This document shows, piece after piece, positions 1 to 13,800 of a DNA stretch of 64,000 nucleotides. The translations under genes were made by a program, and so were the position numbers. The stretch is from positions 119,149,593 through 119,213,592 of the forward strand of contig NC_090378.1 of the NCBI RefSeq assembly GCF_036365525.1. The letters run 5' to 3'. The notes beneath the pieces are model-generated. The model ran no database searches. It was given only the letters and a program-made list of their open reading frames with translations, and was not told the DNA's origin. The DNA comes from Heterodontus francisci. Its lineage: Eukaryota. The first letter of the stretch is position 1. Each line of letters opens with the position of its first letter.

Positions 1-3000
1 AACTGTGGGACGTGTCAGTACAGGAGGTGGGACTGTGTGTCCATTATTATATATTGTATATAACTGTGGGACGTGTCAGTGCAGGAGGTGGGACTGTGTG
101 TCCATTATTATATATTGTATGTAACTGTGGGAAGTGTCAGTACAGGAGGTGGGACTGTGTGTCCATTATCATAAATTATATATAACTGTGGGATGAGTCA
201 GTACAGGAGGTGGGACTGCGTGTCCATTATCATATATTATATATAACTGTGGGATGTGTCAGTACAGGAGGTGGGACTGTGAGTCCATTATTTTTTATTA
301 TATATATCTGTGGGATGTGTCAGTACAGGCGGTGGGACTGTGTGTCCATTATTATATATTATATATAACTGTGGGATGTGTCAGTACAGGAGGTGGGACT
401 GTAAGTCCATTATTTTTTATTATATATATCTGTGGGATGTGTCAGTACAGGCGGTGGGACTGTGTGTCCATTATTATATATTATATATAAGTGTGGGATG
501 TGTCAGTACAGGAGGTGGGACTGTGTGTCCATTATTATATATTATATATAAGTGTGGGATGTGTCAGTACAGGAGGTGGGACTATGTGTCCATTATTATA
601 TATTATATATAGCTGTGGGACGTGTCAGTACAGGAGATGGGACTGTGTGTCCATTATTATATATTATATATAACTGTGGGACGTGTCAGTACAGGAGATG
701 GGACTGTGTGTCCATTATTATATATTATATATAACTGTGGGAGGTGTCAGTACAGGAGGTGGGACTGTGTGTCCATTATTATATTATATAACTGTGGGAC
801 GTGTCAGGACAGGAGGTGGGACTGTGTGTCCATTATTATATATTATATATAACTGTGGGATGTGTCAGTACAGGAGGTGGGACTGTGTGTCCATTATTAT
901 AACTTATATATAACTGTGGGACATGTCAGTACAGGAGGTGGGACTGTGTGTCCATTATTATATATTATATATAACTGTGGGACGTGTCAGTACAGGAGGT
1001 GGGACTGTGTGTCCATTATTATATATTATATGTAATTGTGGGACGTGTCAGTACAGGAGGTGGTACTGTGTGTCCATTATTATATTATATAACTGTGGGA
1101 TGTGTCAGTACAGGAGGTGGGACTGTGTGTCCATTATTATACATTATATATAACTGTGGGACGTGTCAGTACAGGAGCTGGGACTGTGTGTCCATTATTA
1201 TATATTATATATAACAGTGGGATGTGTCAGTACAGGAGGTGGGACTGTGTGTCCATTATTATATTATATAACTGTGGGACATGTCAGTACAGGAGGTGGG
1301 ACTGTGTGTCCATTATTATATATTATATATAACAGTGGGATGTGTCAGTACAGGAGGTGGGACTGTGTGTCCATTATTATATTATATAACTGTGGGACAT
1401 GTCAGTACAGGAGGTGGGACTGTGTGTCCATTATTATATTATATAACTGTGGGACATGTCAGTACAGGAGGTGGGACTGTGTGTCCATTATTATATATTA
1501 TATATAACTGTGGGATGTGTCAGTACAGGAGGTGGGACTGTGTGTCCATTATTATATTATATAACTGTGGGACATGTCAGTACAGGAGGTGGGACTGTGT
1601 GTCCATTATTATATATTATATATAACTGTGGGATGTGTCAGTACAGGAGGTGGGACTGTGTGTCCATTATTATATTATATAACTGTGGGACATGTCAGTA
1701 CAGGAGGTGGGACTGTGTGTCCATTATTATATTATATAACTGTGGGACGTGTCAGTACAGGAGGTGGGACTGTGTGTCCATTATTATATATTATATATAA
1801 CTTTGGGACGTGTCAGTACAGGAGGTGGGACTGTGTGTCCATTATTATATTATATAACTGTGGGACGTGTCAGTACAGGAGGTGGGACTGTGTGTCCATT
1901 ATTATATATTATATATAACTGTGGGACATGTCAGTACAGGAGGTGGGACTGTGTGTCCATTATTATATATTATATATAACTGTGGGACATTTCAGTACAG
2001 GAGGTGGGACCGTGTGTCCATTATTATATATTATATATAACTGTGGGATGTGTCAGTACAGGAGGTGGGACCGTGTGTCCATTATTATATATTATATATA
2101 ACTGTGGGATGTGTCAGTACAGGAGGTGGGACTGTGTGTCCATTATTATATATTATATATAACTGTGGGATGTGTCAGTGCAGGAGGTGGGACCGTGTTT
2201 CCATTATTATATATTACATATAACTGTGGGATGTGTCAGTACAGGAGGTGAGACTGCGTGTCCATTATTATATATTATATATACCTGTGGGATGTGTCAG
2301 TGCAGGAGGTGGGACCGTGTGTCCATTATTATATATTACATATAACTGTGGGATGTGTCAGTGCAGGAGGTGAGACTGCGTGTCCATTATTATATATTTT
2401 ATATAACTGTGGGATGTGTCAGTCCAGGAGGTGGGACTGTGTGTCCATTATTATATATTATATATAACTGTGGGATGTGTCAGTCCAGGAGGTGGGACTG
2501 TGTGTCCATTATTATATATTATATATAGCTGTGGGATGTGTCAGTACAGGAGGTGGGACCGTGTGTCCATTATTATATATTACATATAACTGTGGGATGT
2601 GTCAGTCCAGGAGGTGGGACTGTGTGTCCATTATTATATATTGTATATAACTGTGGGATGTGTCAGTACAGGAGGTGGGACTGTGAGTCCATTATTTTTT
2701 ATTATATATATCTGTGGGATGTGTCAGTACAGGAGGTGGGACTGTGTGTCCATTATTATATATTATATATAACTGTGGGATGTGTCAGTACAGGAGGTGG
2801 GTCAGTGTGTCCATTATTATATATTATATATAACTGTGGGATGTGTCAGTACAGGAGGTGGGACTGTGAGTCCATTATTTTTTATTATATATATCTGTGG
2901 GATGTGTCAGTACAGGCGGTGGGACTGTGTGTCCATTATTCTATATTATATATAACTGTGGGATGTGGCAGTGCAGGAGGTGGGACTGTGTGTCCATTAT

Positions 3001-6000
3001 TATTTATTATATATAACTGTGGGATGTGTCAGTACAGGAGGTGGGACTGAGTGTCCATTATTATATATTATATATAACTGTGGGATGTGTCAGTCCAGGA
3101 GGTGAGACGGTGTGTCCATTATTATATATTATATATAACTGTGGGATGTGTCAGTCCAGGAGGTGGGACTGTGTGTCCATTATTATATATTATATATAAC
3201 TGTGGGATGTGTCAGTACAGGAGGTGGGACCGTGTGTCCATTATTATATATTATATATAACTGTGGGATGTGTCAGTCCAGGAGGTGGGACTGTGTGTCC
3301 ATTATTATATATTACATATAACTGTGGGATGTGTCAGTCCAGGAGGTGGGACTGTGTGTCCATTATTATATATTGTATATAACTGTGGGATGTGTCAGTC
3401 CAGGAGGTGGGACTGTGTGTCCATTATTATATATTATATATAACTGTGGGATGTGTCAGTCCAGGAGGTGAGACGGTGTGTCCATTATTATATATTATAT
3501 ATAACTGTGGGATGTGTCAGTCCAGGAGGTGGGACTGTGTGTCCATTATTATATATTACATATAACTGTGGGATGTGTCAGTCCAGGAGGTGGGACTGTG
3601 TGTCCATTATTATATATTGTATATAACTGTGGGACGTGTCAGTACAGGAGGTGGGACTGTGTGTCCATTATTATATATTATATATAACTGTGGGACGTGT
3701 CAGTACAGGAGGTGGGACTGTGTGTCCATTATTATATATTGTATATAACTGTGGGACGTGTCAGTGCAGGAGGTGGGACTGTGTGTCCATTATTATATAT
3801 TGTATGTAACTGTGGGAAGTGTCAGTACAGGAGGTGGGACTGTGTGTCCATTATCATAAATTATATATAACTGTGGGATGAGTCAGTACAGGAGGTGGGA
3901 CTGCGTGTCCATTATCATATATTATATATAACTGTGGGATGTGTCAGTACAGGAGGTGGGACTGTGAGTCCATTATTTTTTATTATATATATCTGTGGGA
4001 TGTGTCAGTACAGGCGGTGGGACTGTGTGTCCATTATTATATATTATATATAACTGTGGGATGTGTCAGTACAGGAGGTGGGACTGTGAGTCCATTATTT
4101 TTTATTATATATATCTGTGGGATGTGTCAGTACAGGCGGTGGGACTGTGTGTCCATTATTATATATTATATATAAGTGTGGGATGTGTCAGTACAGGAGG
4201 TGGGACTGTGTGTCCATTATTATATATTATATATAAGTGTGGGATGTGTCAGTACAGGAGGTGGGACTATGTGTCCATTATTATATATTATATATAACTG
4301 TGGGACGTGTCAGTACAGAAGATGGGACTGTGTGTCCATTATTATATATTATATATAACTGTGGGACGTGTCAGTACAGGAGGTGGGACTGAGTGTCCAT
4401 TATTATATATTATATATAACTGTGGGATGTGTCAGTACAGGAGGTGGGACTGAGTGTCCATTATTATATATTATATATAACTGTGGGATGTGTCAGTCCA
4501 GGAGGTGAGACGGTGTGTCCATTATTATATATTATATATAACTGTGGGATGTGTCAGTCCAGGAGGTGGGACTGTGTGTCCATTATTATATATTATATAT
4601 AACTGTGGGATGTGTCAGTACAGGAGGTGGGACCGTGTGTCCATTATTATATATTACATATAACTGTGGGATGTGTCAGTCCAGGAGGTGGGACTGTGTG
4701 TCCATTATTATATATTGTATATAACTGTGGGACGTGTCAGTACAGGAGGTGGGACTGTGTGTCCATTATTATATATTATATATAACTGTGGGACGTGTCA
4801 GTACAGGAGGTGGGACTGTGTGTCCATTATTATATATTGTATATAACTGTGGGACGTGTCAGTGCAGGAGGTGGGACTGTGTGTCCATTATTATATATTG
4901 TATGTAACTGTGGGAAGTGTCAGTACAGGAGGTGGGACTGTGTGTCCATTATCATAAATTATATATAACTGTGGGATGAGTCAGTACAGGAGGTGGGACT
5001 GCGTGTCCATTATCATATATTATATATAACTGTGGGATGTGTCAGTACAGGAGGTGGGACTGTGAGTCCATTATTTTTTATTATATATATCTGTGGGATG
5101 TGTCAGTACAGGCGGTGGGACTGTGTGTCCATTATTATATATTATATATAACTGTGGGATGTGTCAGTACAGGAGGTGGGACTGTAAGTCCATTATTTTT
5201 TATTATATATATCTGTGGGATGTGTCAGTACAGGCGGTGGGACTGTGTGTCCATTATTATATATTATATATAAGTGTGGGATGTGTCAGTACAGGAGGTG
5301 GGACTGTGTGTCCATTATTATATATTATATATAAGTGTGGGATGTGTCAGTACAGGAGGTGGGACTATGTGTCCATTATTATATATTATATATAACTGTG
5401 GGACGTGTCAGTACAGGAGATGGGACTGTGTGTCCATTATTATATATTATATATAACTGTGGGACGTGTCAGTACAGGAGATGGGACTGTGTGTCCATTA
5501 TTATATATTATATATAACTGTGGGAGGTGTCAGTACAGGAGGTGGGACTGTGTGTCCATTATTATATTATATAACTGTGGGACGTGTCAGGACAGGAGGT
5601 GGGACTGTGTGTCCATTATTATATATTATATATAACTGTGGGATGTGTCAGTACAGGAGGTGGGACTGTGTGTCCATTATTATAACTTATATATAACTGT
5701 GGGACATGTCAGTACAGGAGGTGGGACTGTGTGTCCATTATTATATATTATATATAACTGTGGGACGTGTCAGTACAGGAGGTGGGACTGTGTGTCCATT
5801 ATTATATATTATATGTAATTGTGGGACGTGTCAGTACAGGAGGTGGTACTGTGTGTCCATTATTATATTATATAACTGTGGGATGTGTCAGTACAGGAGG
5901 TGGGACTGTGTGTCCATTATTATACATTATATATAACTGTGGGACGTGTCAGTACAGGAGCTGGGACTGTGTGTCCATTATTATATATTATATATAACAG

Positions 6001-6412
6001 TGGGATGTGTCAGTACAGGAGGTGGGACTGTGTGTCCATTATTATATTATATAACTGTGGGACATGTCAGTACAGGAGGTGGGACTGTGTGTCCATTATT
6101 ATATATTATATATAACAGTGGGATGTGTCAGTACAGGAGGTGGGACTGTGTGTCCATTATTATATTATATAACTGTGGGACATGTCAGTACAGGAGGTGG
6201 GACTGTGTGTCCATTATTATATTATATAACTGTGGGACATGTCAGTACAGGAGGTGGGACTGTGTGTCCATTATTATATATTATATATAACTGTGGGATG
6301 TGTCAGTACAGGAGGTGGGACTGTGTGTCCATTATTATATTATATAACTGTGGGACATGTCAGTACAGGAGGTGGGACTGTGTGTCCATTATTATATATT
6401 ATATATAACTGT

Positions 6413-7832
6413 CTACCCTGAGGCACAGTGTGGCTTTCGTGCAGAGAGATCGACTATTGACATGCTGTTCTCCCTTCGTCAGATACAGGAGAAATGCCGT
6501 GAACAACAGATGCCCCTCTACATTGCTTTCATTGATCTCACCAAAGCCTTTGACCTCGTCAGCAGACGTGGTCTCTTCAGACTACTAGAAAAGATCGGAT
6601 GTCCACCAAAGCTACTAAGTATCATCACCTCATTCCATGACAATATGAAAGGCACAATTCAACATGGTGGCTCCTCATCAGAGCCCTTTCCTATCCTGAG
6701 TGGTGTGAAACAGGGCTGTGTTCTCGCACCCACACTTTTTGGGATTTTCTTCTCCCTGCTGCTTTCACATGCGTTCAAATCCTCTGAAGAAGGAATTTTC
6801 CTCCACACAAGATCAGGGGGCAGGTTGTTCAACCTTGCCCGTCTAAGAGCGAAGTCCAAAGTACGGAAAGTCCTCATCAGAGAACTCCTCTTTGCTGACG
6901 ATGCTGCTTTAACATCTCACACTGAAGAATGCCTGCAGAGTCTCATCGACAGGTTTGCGTCTGCCTGCAATGAATTTGGCCTAACCATCAGCCTCAAGAA
7001 AACGAACATCATGGGGCAGGATGTCAGAAATGCTCCATCCATCAATATTGGCGACCACGCTCTGGAAGTGGTTCAAGAGTTCACCTACCTAGGCTCAACT
7101 ATCACCAGTAACCTGTCTCTAGATGCAGAAATCAACAAGCGCATGGGTAAGGCTTCCACTGCTATGTTCAGACTGGCCAAGAGAGTGTGGGAAAATGGCG
7201 CACTGACACGGAACACAAAAGTCCGAGTGTATCAGGCCTGTGTCCTCAGTACCTTGCTCTACGGCAGCGAGGCCTGGACAACGTATGCCAGCCAAGAGCG
7301 ACGTCTCAATTCATTCCATCTTCGCTGCCTTCGGAGAATACTTGGCATCAGGTGGCAGGACTATATCTCCAACACAGAAGTCCTTGAAGCGGCCAACACC
7401 CCCAGCTTATACACACTACTGAGTCAGCGGCGCTTGAGATGGCTTGGCCATGTGAGCCGCATGGAAGATGGCAGGATCCCCAAAGACACATTGTACAGCG
7501 AGCTCGCCACTGGTATCAGACCCACCGGCCGTCCATGTCTCCGTTATAAAGACGTCTGCAAACGCGACATGAAATCGTGTGACATTGATCACAAGTCGTG
7601 GGAGTCAGTTGCCAGCATTCGCCAGAGCTGGCGGGCAGCCATAAAGACAGGGCTAAATTGTGGCGAGTCGAAGAGACTTAGTAGTTGGCAGGAAAAAAGA
7701 CAGAGGCGCAAGGGGAGAGCCAACTGTGCAACAGCCCCAACAAACAAATTTCTCTGCAGCACCTGTGGAAGAGCCTGTCACTCCAGAATTGGCCTTTATA
7801 GCCACTCCAGGCGCTGCTTCACAAACCACTGA
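6413..7832 (+). pseudogene. RTE ORF2 fragment (reverse transcriptase and C-terminal zinc knuckle, about 470 codons)
   Basis: This is ORF 6357..7832 in the track. Its first ~19 residues ([19 protein letters not shown]) are translated satellite, so the ATG is not native. No stops or frameshifts in the retained part. Confidence 0.9.
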
Positions 7833-7883
7833 CCACCTCCAGGCGCGTATCCATTGTCTCTCGAGATAAGGAGGCCCAAAAGA
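6413..7883 (+). mobile_element. 5'-truncated non-LTR retrotransposon (RTE clade) with 8-bp TSD
   Basis: The frame is open from the junction to TGA at 7830-7832. RT motifs: PEAQCGFR, YIAFIDLTKAFD, GVKQGCVLAPTLF, LFADD, FTYLGS, LLYGSEAW, RRLRWLGHVSRM. C-terminal CxxC..SRIGLYSH..C knuckle typical of RTE ORF2. The 3' UTR is about 50 bp and ends CCCAAAAGA. ATAACTGT is duplicated at 6405-6412 and 7884-7891. The endonuclease domain is missing. Confidence 0.96.
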
Positions 7884-10800
7884 ATAACTGTGGGATGTGT
7901 CAGTACAGGAGGTGGGACTGTGTGTCCATTATTATATTATATAACTGTGGGACATGTCAGTACAGGAGGTGGGACTGTGTGTCCATTATTATATTATATA
8001 ACTGTGGGACATGTCAGTACAGGAGGTGGGACTGTGTGTCCATTATTATATATTATATATAACTGTGGGATGTGTCAGTACAGGAGGTGGGACTGTGTGT
8101 CCATTATTATATTATATAACTGTGGGACATGTCAGTACAGGAGGTGGGACTGTGTATCCATTATTATATATTTTATATAACTGTGGGACATGTCAGTACA
8201 GGAGGTGGGACTGTGTGTCCATTATTATATATTATATATAACTGTGGGATGTGTCAGTACAGGAGGTGGGACTGTGTGTCCATTATTATATATTTTATAT
8301 AACTGTGGGACATGTCAGTACAGGAGGTGGGACTGTGTATCCATTATTATATATTTTATATAACTGTGGGACATGTCAGTACAGGAGGTGGGACTGTGTG
8401 TCCATTATTATATATTATATATAACTGTGGGATGTGTCAGTACAGGAGGTGGGACTGTGTGTCCATTATTATATATTATATATAACTGTGGACGTGTCAG
8501 TACAGGAGGTGGGACTGTGTGTCCATTATTATATATTATATATAACTGTGGGACGTGTCAGTACAGGAGGTGGGACTGTGTGTCCATTATTATATATTAT
8601 ATATAACTGTGGACGTGTCAGTACAGGAGGTGGGACTGTGTGTCCATTATTATATATTATATATAACTGTGGGATGTGTCAGTACCGGAGGTGGGACTGT
8701 GTGTTCATTATTATATCTTATATAGAACTGTGGGACGTGTCAGTGCAGGAGGTGGGACTGTGTGTCCATTATTATATTATATAACTGTGGGACGTCTCAG
8801 TACAGGAGGTGGGACTGTGTGTCCATTATTATATATTATATATAACTGTGGGATGTGTCAGTACAGGAGGTGGGACTGTGTGTCCATTATTATATATTAT
8901 ATATAACTGTGGGACGTGTCAGTACAGGAGGTGGGACTGTGTGTCCATTATTATATATTATATATAACTGTGGGACGTGTCAGTACTGGAGGTGGGACTG
9001 TGTGTCCATTATTATATTATATAACTGTGGGACGTGTCAGTACAGGAGGTGGGACTGTGTGTCCATTATTATATATTATATATAACTGTGGGACATGTCA
9101 GTACAGGAGGTGGGACTGTGTGTCCATTATTATATATTATATATAACTTTGGGACGTGTCAGTACAGGAGGTGGGACTGTGTGTCCATTATTATATATTA
9201 TATATAACTGTGGGATGTGTCAGTACAGGAGGTGGGACTGAGTGTCCATTATTATATATTATATATAACTGTGGGATGTGTCAGTCCAGGAGGTGAGACG
9301 GTGTGTCCATTATTATATATTATATATAACTGTGGGATGTGTCAGTCCAGGAGGTGGGACTGTGTGTCCATTATTATATATTATATATAACTGTGGGATG
9401 TGTCAGTACAGGAGGTGGGACCGTGTGTCCATTATTATATATTACATATAACTGTGGGATGTGTCAGTCCAGGAGGTGGGACTGTGTGTCCATTATTATA
9501 TATTGTATATAACTGTGGGATATGTCAGTACATGAGGTGGGACTGTGTGTCCATTATTATATATTATATATAACTGTGGGATGTGTCAGTATACAGGAGG
9601 TGGGACTGTGTGTCCATTATTATATATTGTATATAACTGTGGGACGTGTCAGTGCAGGAGGTGGGACTGTGTGTCCATTATTATATATTGTATGTAACTG
9701 TGGGAAGTGTCAGTACAGGAGGTGGGACTGTGTGTCCATTATCATAAATTATATGTAACTGTGGGATGAGTCAGTACAGGAGGTGGGACTGCGTGTCCAT
9801 TATCATATATTATATATAACTGTGGGATGTGTCAGTACAGGAGGTGGGACTGTGAGTCCATTATTTTTTATTATATATATCTGTGGGATGTGTCAGTACA
9901 GGCGGTGGGACTGTGTGTCCATTATTATATATTATATATAACTGTGGGATGTGTCAGTACAGGAGGTGGGACTGTGAGTCCATTATTTTTTATTATATAT
10001 ATCTGTGGGATGTGTCAGTACAGGCGGTGGGACTGTGTGTCCATTATTATATATTATATATAAGTGTGGGATGTGTCAGTACAGGAGGTGGGACTGTGTG
10101 TCCATTATTATATATTATATATAAGTGTGGGATGTGTCAGTACAGGAGGTGGGACTATGTGTCCATTATTATATATTATATATAACTGTGGGACGTGTCA
10201 GTACAGGAGATGGGACTGTGTGTCCATTATTATATATTATATATAACTGTGGGACGTGTCAGTACAGGAGATGGGACTGTGTGTCCATTATTATATATTA
10301 TATATAACTGTGGGAGGTGTCAGTACAGGAGGTGGGACTGTGTGTCCATTATTATATTATATAACTGTGGGACGTGTCAGGACAGGAGGTGGGACTGTGT
10401 GTCCATTATTATATATTATATATAACTGTGGGACGTGTCAGTACAGGAGGTGGGACTGTGTGTCCATTATTATATCTTATATATAACTGTGGGACATGTC
10501 AGTACAGGAGGTGGGACTGTGTGTCCATTATTATATATTATATATAACTGTGGGACGTGTCAGTACAGGAGGTGGGACTGTGTGTCCATTATTATATATT
10601 ATATGTAATTGTGGGACGTGTCAGTACAGGAGGTGGTACTGTGTGTCCATTATTATATTATATATCTGTGGGATGTGTCAGTACAGGAGGTGGGACTGTG
10701 TGTCCATTATTATACATTATATATAACTGTGGGACGTGTCAGTACAGGAGCTGGGACTGTGTGTCCATTATTATATATTATATATAACAGTGGGATGTGT

Positions 10801-13800
10801 CAGTACAGGAGGTGGGACTGTGTGTCCATTATTATATTATATAACTGTGGGACATGTCAGTACAGGAGGTGGGACTGTGTGTCCATTATTATATATTATA
10901 TATAACAGTGGGATGTGTCAGTACAGGAGGTGGGACTGTGTGTCCATTATTATATTATATAACTGTGGGACATGTCAGTACAGGAGGTGGGACTGTGTGT
11001 CCATTATTATATTATATAACTGTGGGACATGTCAGTACAGGAGGTGGGACTGTGTGTCCATTATTATATATTATATATAACTGTGGGATGTGTCAGTACA
11101 GGAGGTGGGACTGTGTGTCCATTATTATATTATATAACTGTGGGACATGTCAGTACAGGAGGTGGGACTGTGTGTCCATTATTATATTATATAACTGTGG
11201 GACATGTCAGTACAGGAGGTGGGACTGTGTATCCATTATTATATATTTTATATAACTGTGGGATGTGTCAGTACAGGAGGTGGGACTGTGTGTCCATTAT
11301 TATATATTATATATAACTGTGGACGTGTCAGTACAGGAGGTGGGACTGTGTGTCCATTATTATATATTATATATAACTGTGGGATGTGTCAGTACAGGAG
11401 GTGGGACTGTGTGTCCATTATTATATATTATATATAACTGTGGACGTGTCAGTACAGGAGGTGGGACTGTGTGTCCATTATTATATATTATATATAACTG
11501 TGGGACGTGTCAGTACAGGAGGTGGGACTGTGTGTCCATTATTATATATTATATATAACTGTGGACGTGTCAGTACAGGAGGTGGGACTGTGTGTCCATT
11601 ATTATATATTATATATAACTGTGGGATGTGTCAGTACCGGAGGTGGGACTGTGTGTTCATTATTATATCTTATATAGAACTGTGGGACGTGTCAGTGCAG
11701 GAGGTGGGACTGTGTGTCCATTATTATATTATATAACTGTGGGACGTCTCAGTACAGGAGGTGGGACTGTGTGTCCATTATTATATATTATATATAACTG
11801 TGGGATGTGTCAGTACAGGAGGTGGGACTGTGTGTCCATTATTATATATTATATATAACTGTGGGACGTGTCAGTACAGGAGGTGGGACTGTGTGTCCAT
11901 TATTATATATTATATATAACTGTGGGACGTGTCAGTCCAGGAGGTGGGACTGTGTGTCCATTATTATATTATATAACTGTGGGACGTGTCAGTACAGGAG
12001 GTGGGACTGTGTGTCCATTATTATATATTATATATAACTGTGGGACATGTCAGTACAGGAGGTGGGACTGTGTGTCCATTATTATATATTATATATAACT
12101 TTGGGACGTGTCAGTACAGGAGGTGGGACTGTGTGTCCATTATTATATATTATATATAACTGTGGGACATTTCAGTACAGGAGGTGGGACTGTGTGTCCA
12201 TTATTATATATTATATATAACTGTGGAACGTTTCAGTACAGGAGGTGGGACTGTGTGTCCATTATTATATATTATATATAACTGTGGGACGTGTCAGTAC
12301 AGGAGGTGGGACTGTGTGTCCATTATTATAGATTATATATAACTGTGGGACATGTCAGTACAGGAGGTGGGACTGTGTGTCCATTATTATATATTATATA
12401 TAACTGTGGGACGTGTCAGTACAGGAGGTGGGACTGTGTGTCCATTATTATATATTATATGTAATTGTGGGACGTGTCAGTACAGGAGGTGGTACTGTGT
12501 GTCCATTATTATATTATATATCTGTGGGATGTGTCAGTACAGGAGGTGGGACTGTGTGTCCATTATTATACATTATATATAACTGTGGGACGTGTCAGTA
12601 CAGGAGCTGGGACTGTGTGTCCATTATTATATATTATATATAACAGTGGGATGTGTCAGTACAGGAGGTGGGACTGTGTGTCCATTATTATATTATATAA
12701 CTGTGGGACATGTCAGTACAGGAGGTGGGACTGTGTGTCCATTATTATATATTATATATAACAGTGGGATGTGTCAGTACAGGAGGTGGGACTGTGTGTC
12801 CATTATTATATTATATAACTGTGGGACATGTCAGTACAGGAGGTGGGACTGTGTGTCCATTATTATATTATATAACTGTGGGACATGTCAGTACAGGAGG
12901 TGGGACTGTGTGTCCATTATTATATATTATATATAACTGTGGGATGTGTCAGTACAGGAGGTGGGACTGTGTGTCCATTATTATATTATATAACTGTGGG
13001 ACATGTCAGTACAGGAGGTGGGACTGTGTGTCCATTATTATATTATATAACTGTGGGACATGTCAGTACAGGAGGTGGGACTGTGTATCCATTATTATAT
13101 ATTTTATATAACTGTGGGATGTGTCAGTACAGGAGGTGGGACTGTGTGTCCATTATTATATATTATATATAACTGTGGACGTGTCAGTACAGGAGGTGGG
13201 ACTGTGTGTCCATTATTATATATTATATATAACTGTGGGATGTGTCAGTACAGGAGGTGGGACTGTGTGTCCATTATTATATATTATATATAACTGTGGA
13301 CGTGTCAGTACAGGAGGTGGGACTGTGTGTCCATTATTATATATTATATATAACTGTGGGACGTGTCAGTACAGGAGGTGGGACTGTGTGTCCATTATTA
13401 TATATTATATATAACTGTGGACGTGTCAGTACAGGAGGTGGGACTGTGTGTCCATTATTATATATTATATATAACTGTGGGATGTGTCAGTACCGGAGGT
13501 GGGACTGTGTGTTCATTATTATATCTTATATAGAACTGTGGGACGTGTCAGTGCAGGAGGTGGGACTGTGTGTCCATTATTATATTATATAACTGTGGGA
13601 CGTCTCAGTACAGGAGGTGGGACTGTGTGTCCATTATTATATATTATATATAACTGTGGGATGTGTCAGTACAGGAGGTGGGACTGTGTGTCCATTATTA
13701 TATATTATATATAACTGTGGGACGTGTCAGTACAGGAGGTGGGACTGTGTGTCCATTATTATATATTATATATAACTGTGGGACGTGTCAGTCCAGGAGG

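Noticed and set aside
6424-6430. Perfect CACAGTG in the LINE 5' end, facing the V RSS
   Set aside because: No nonamer at 23 bp (CTATTGACA) and a poor one at 12 bp. It is simply the AQC codons of the RT.
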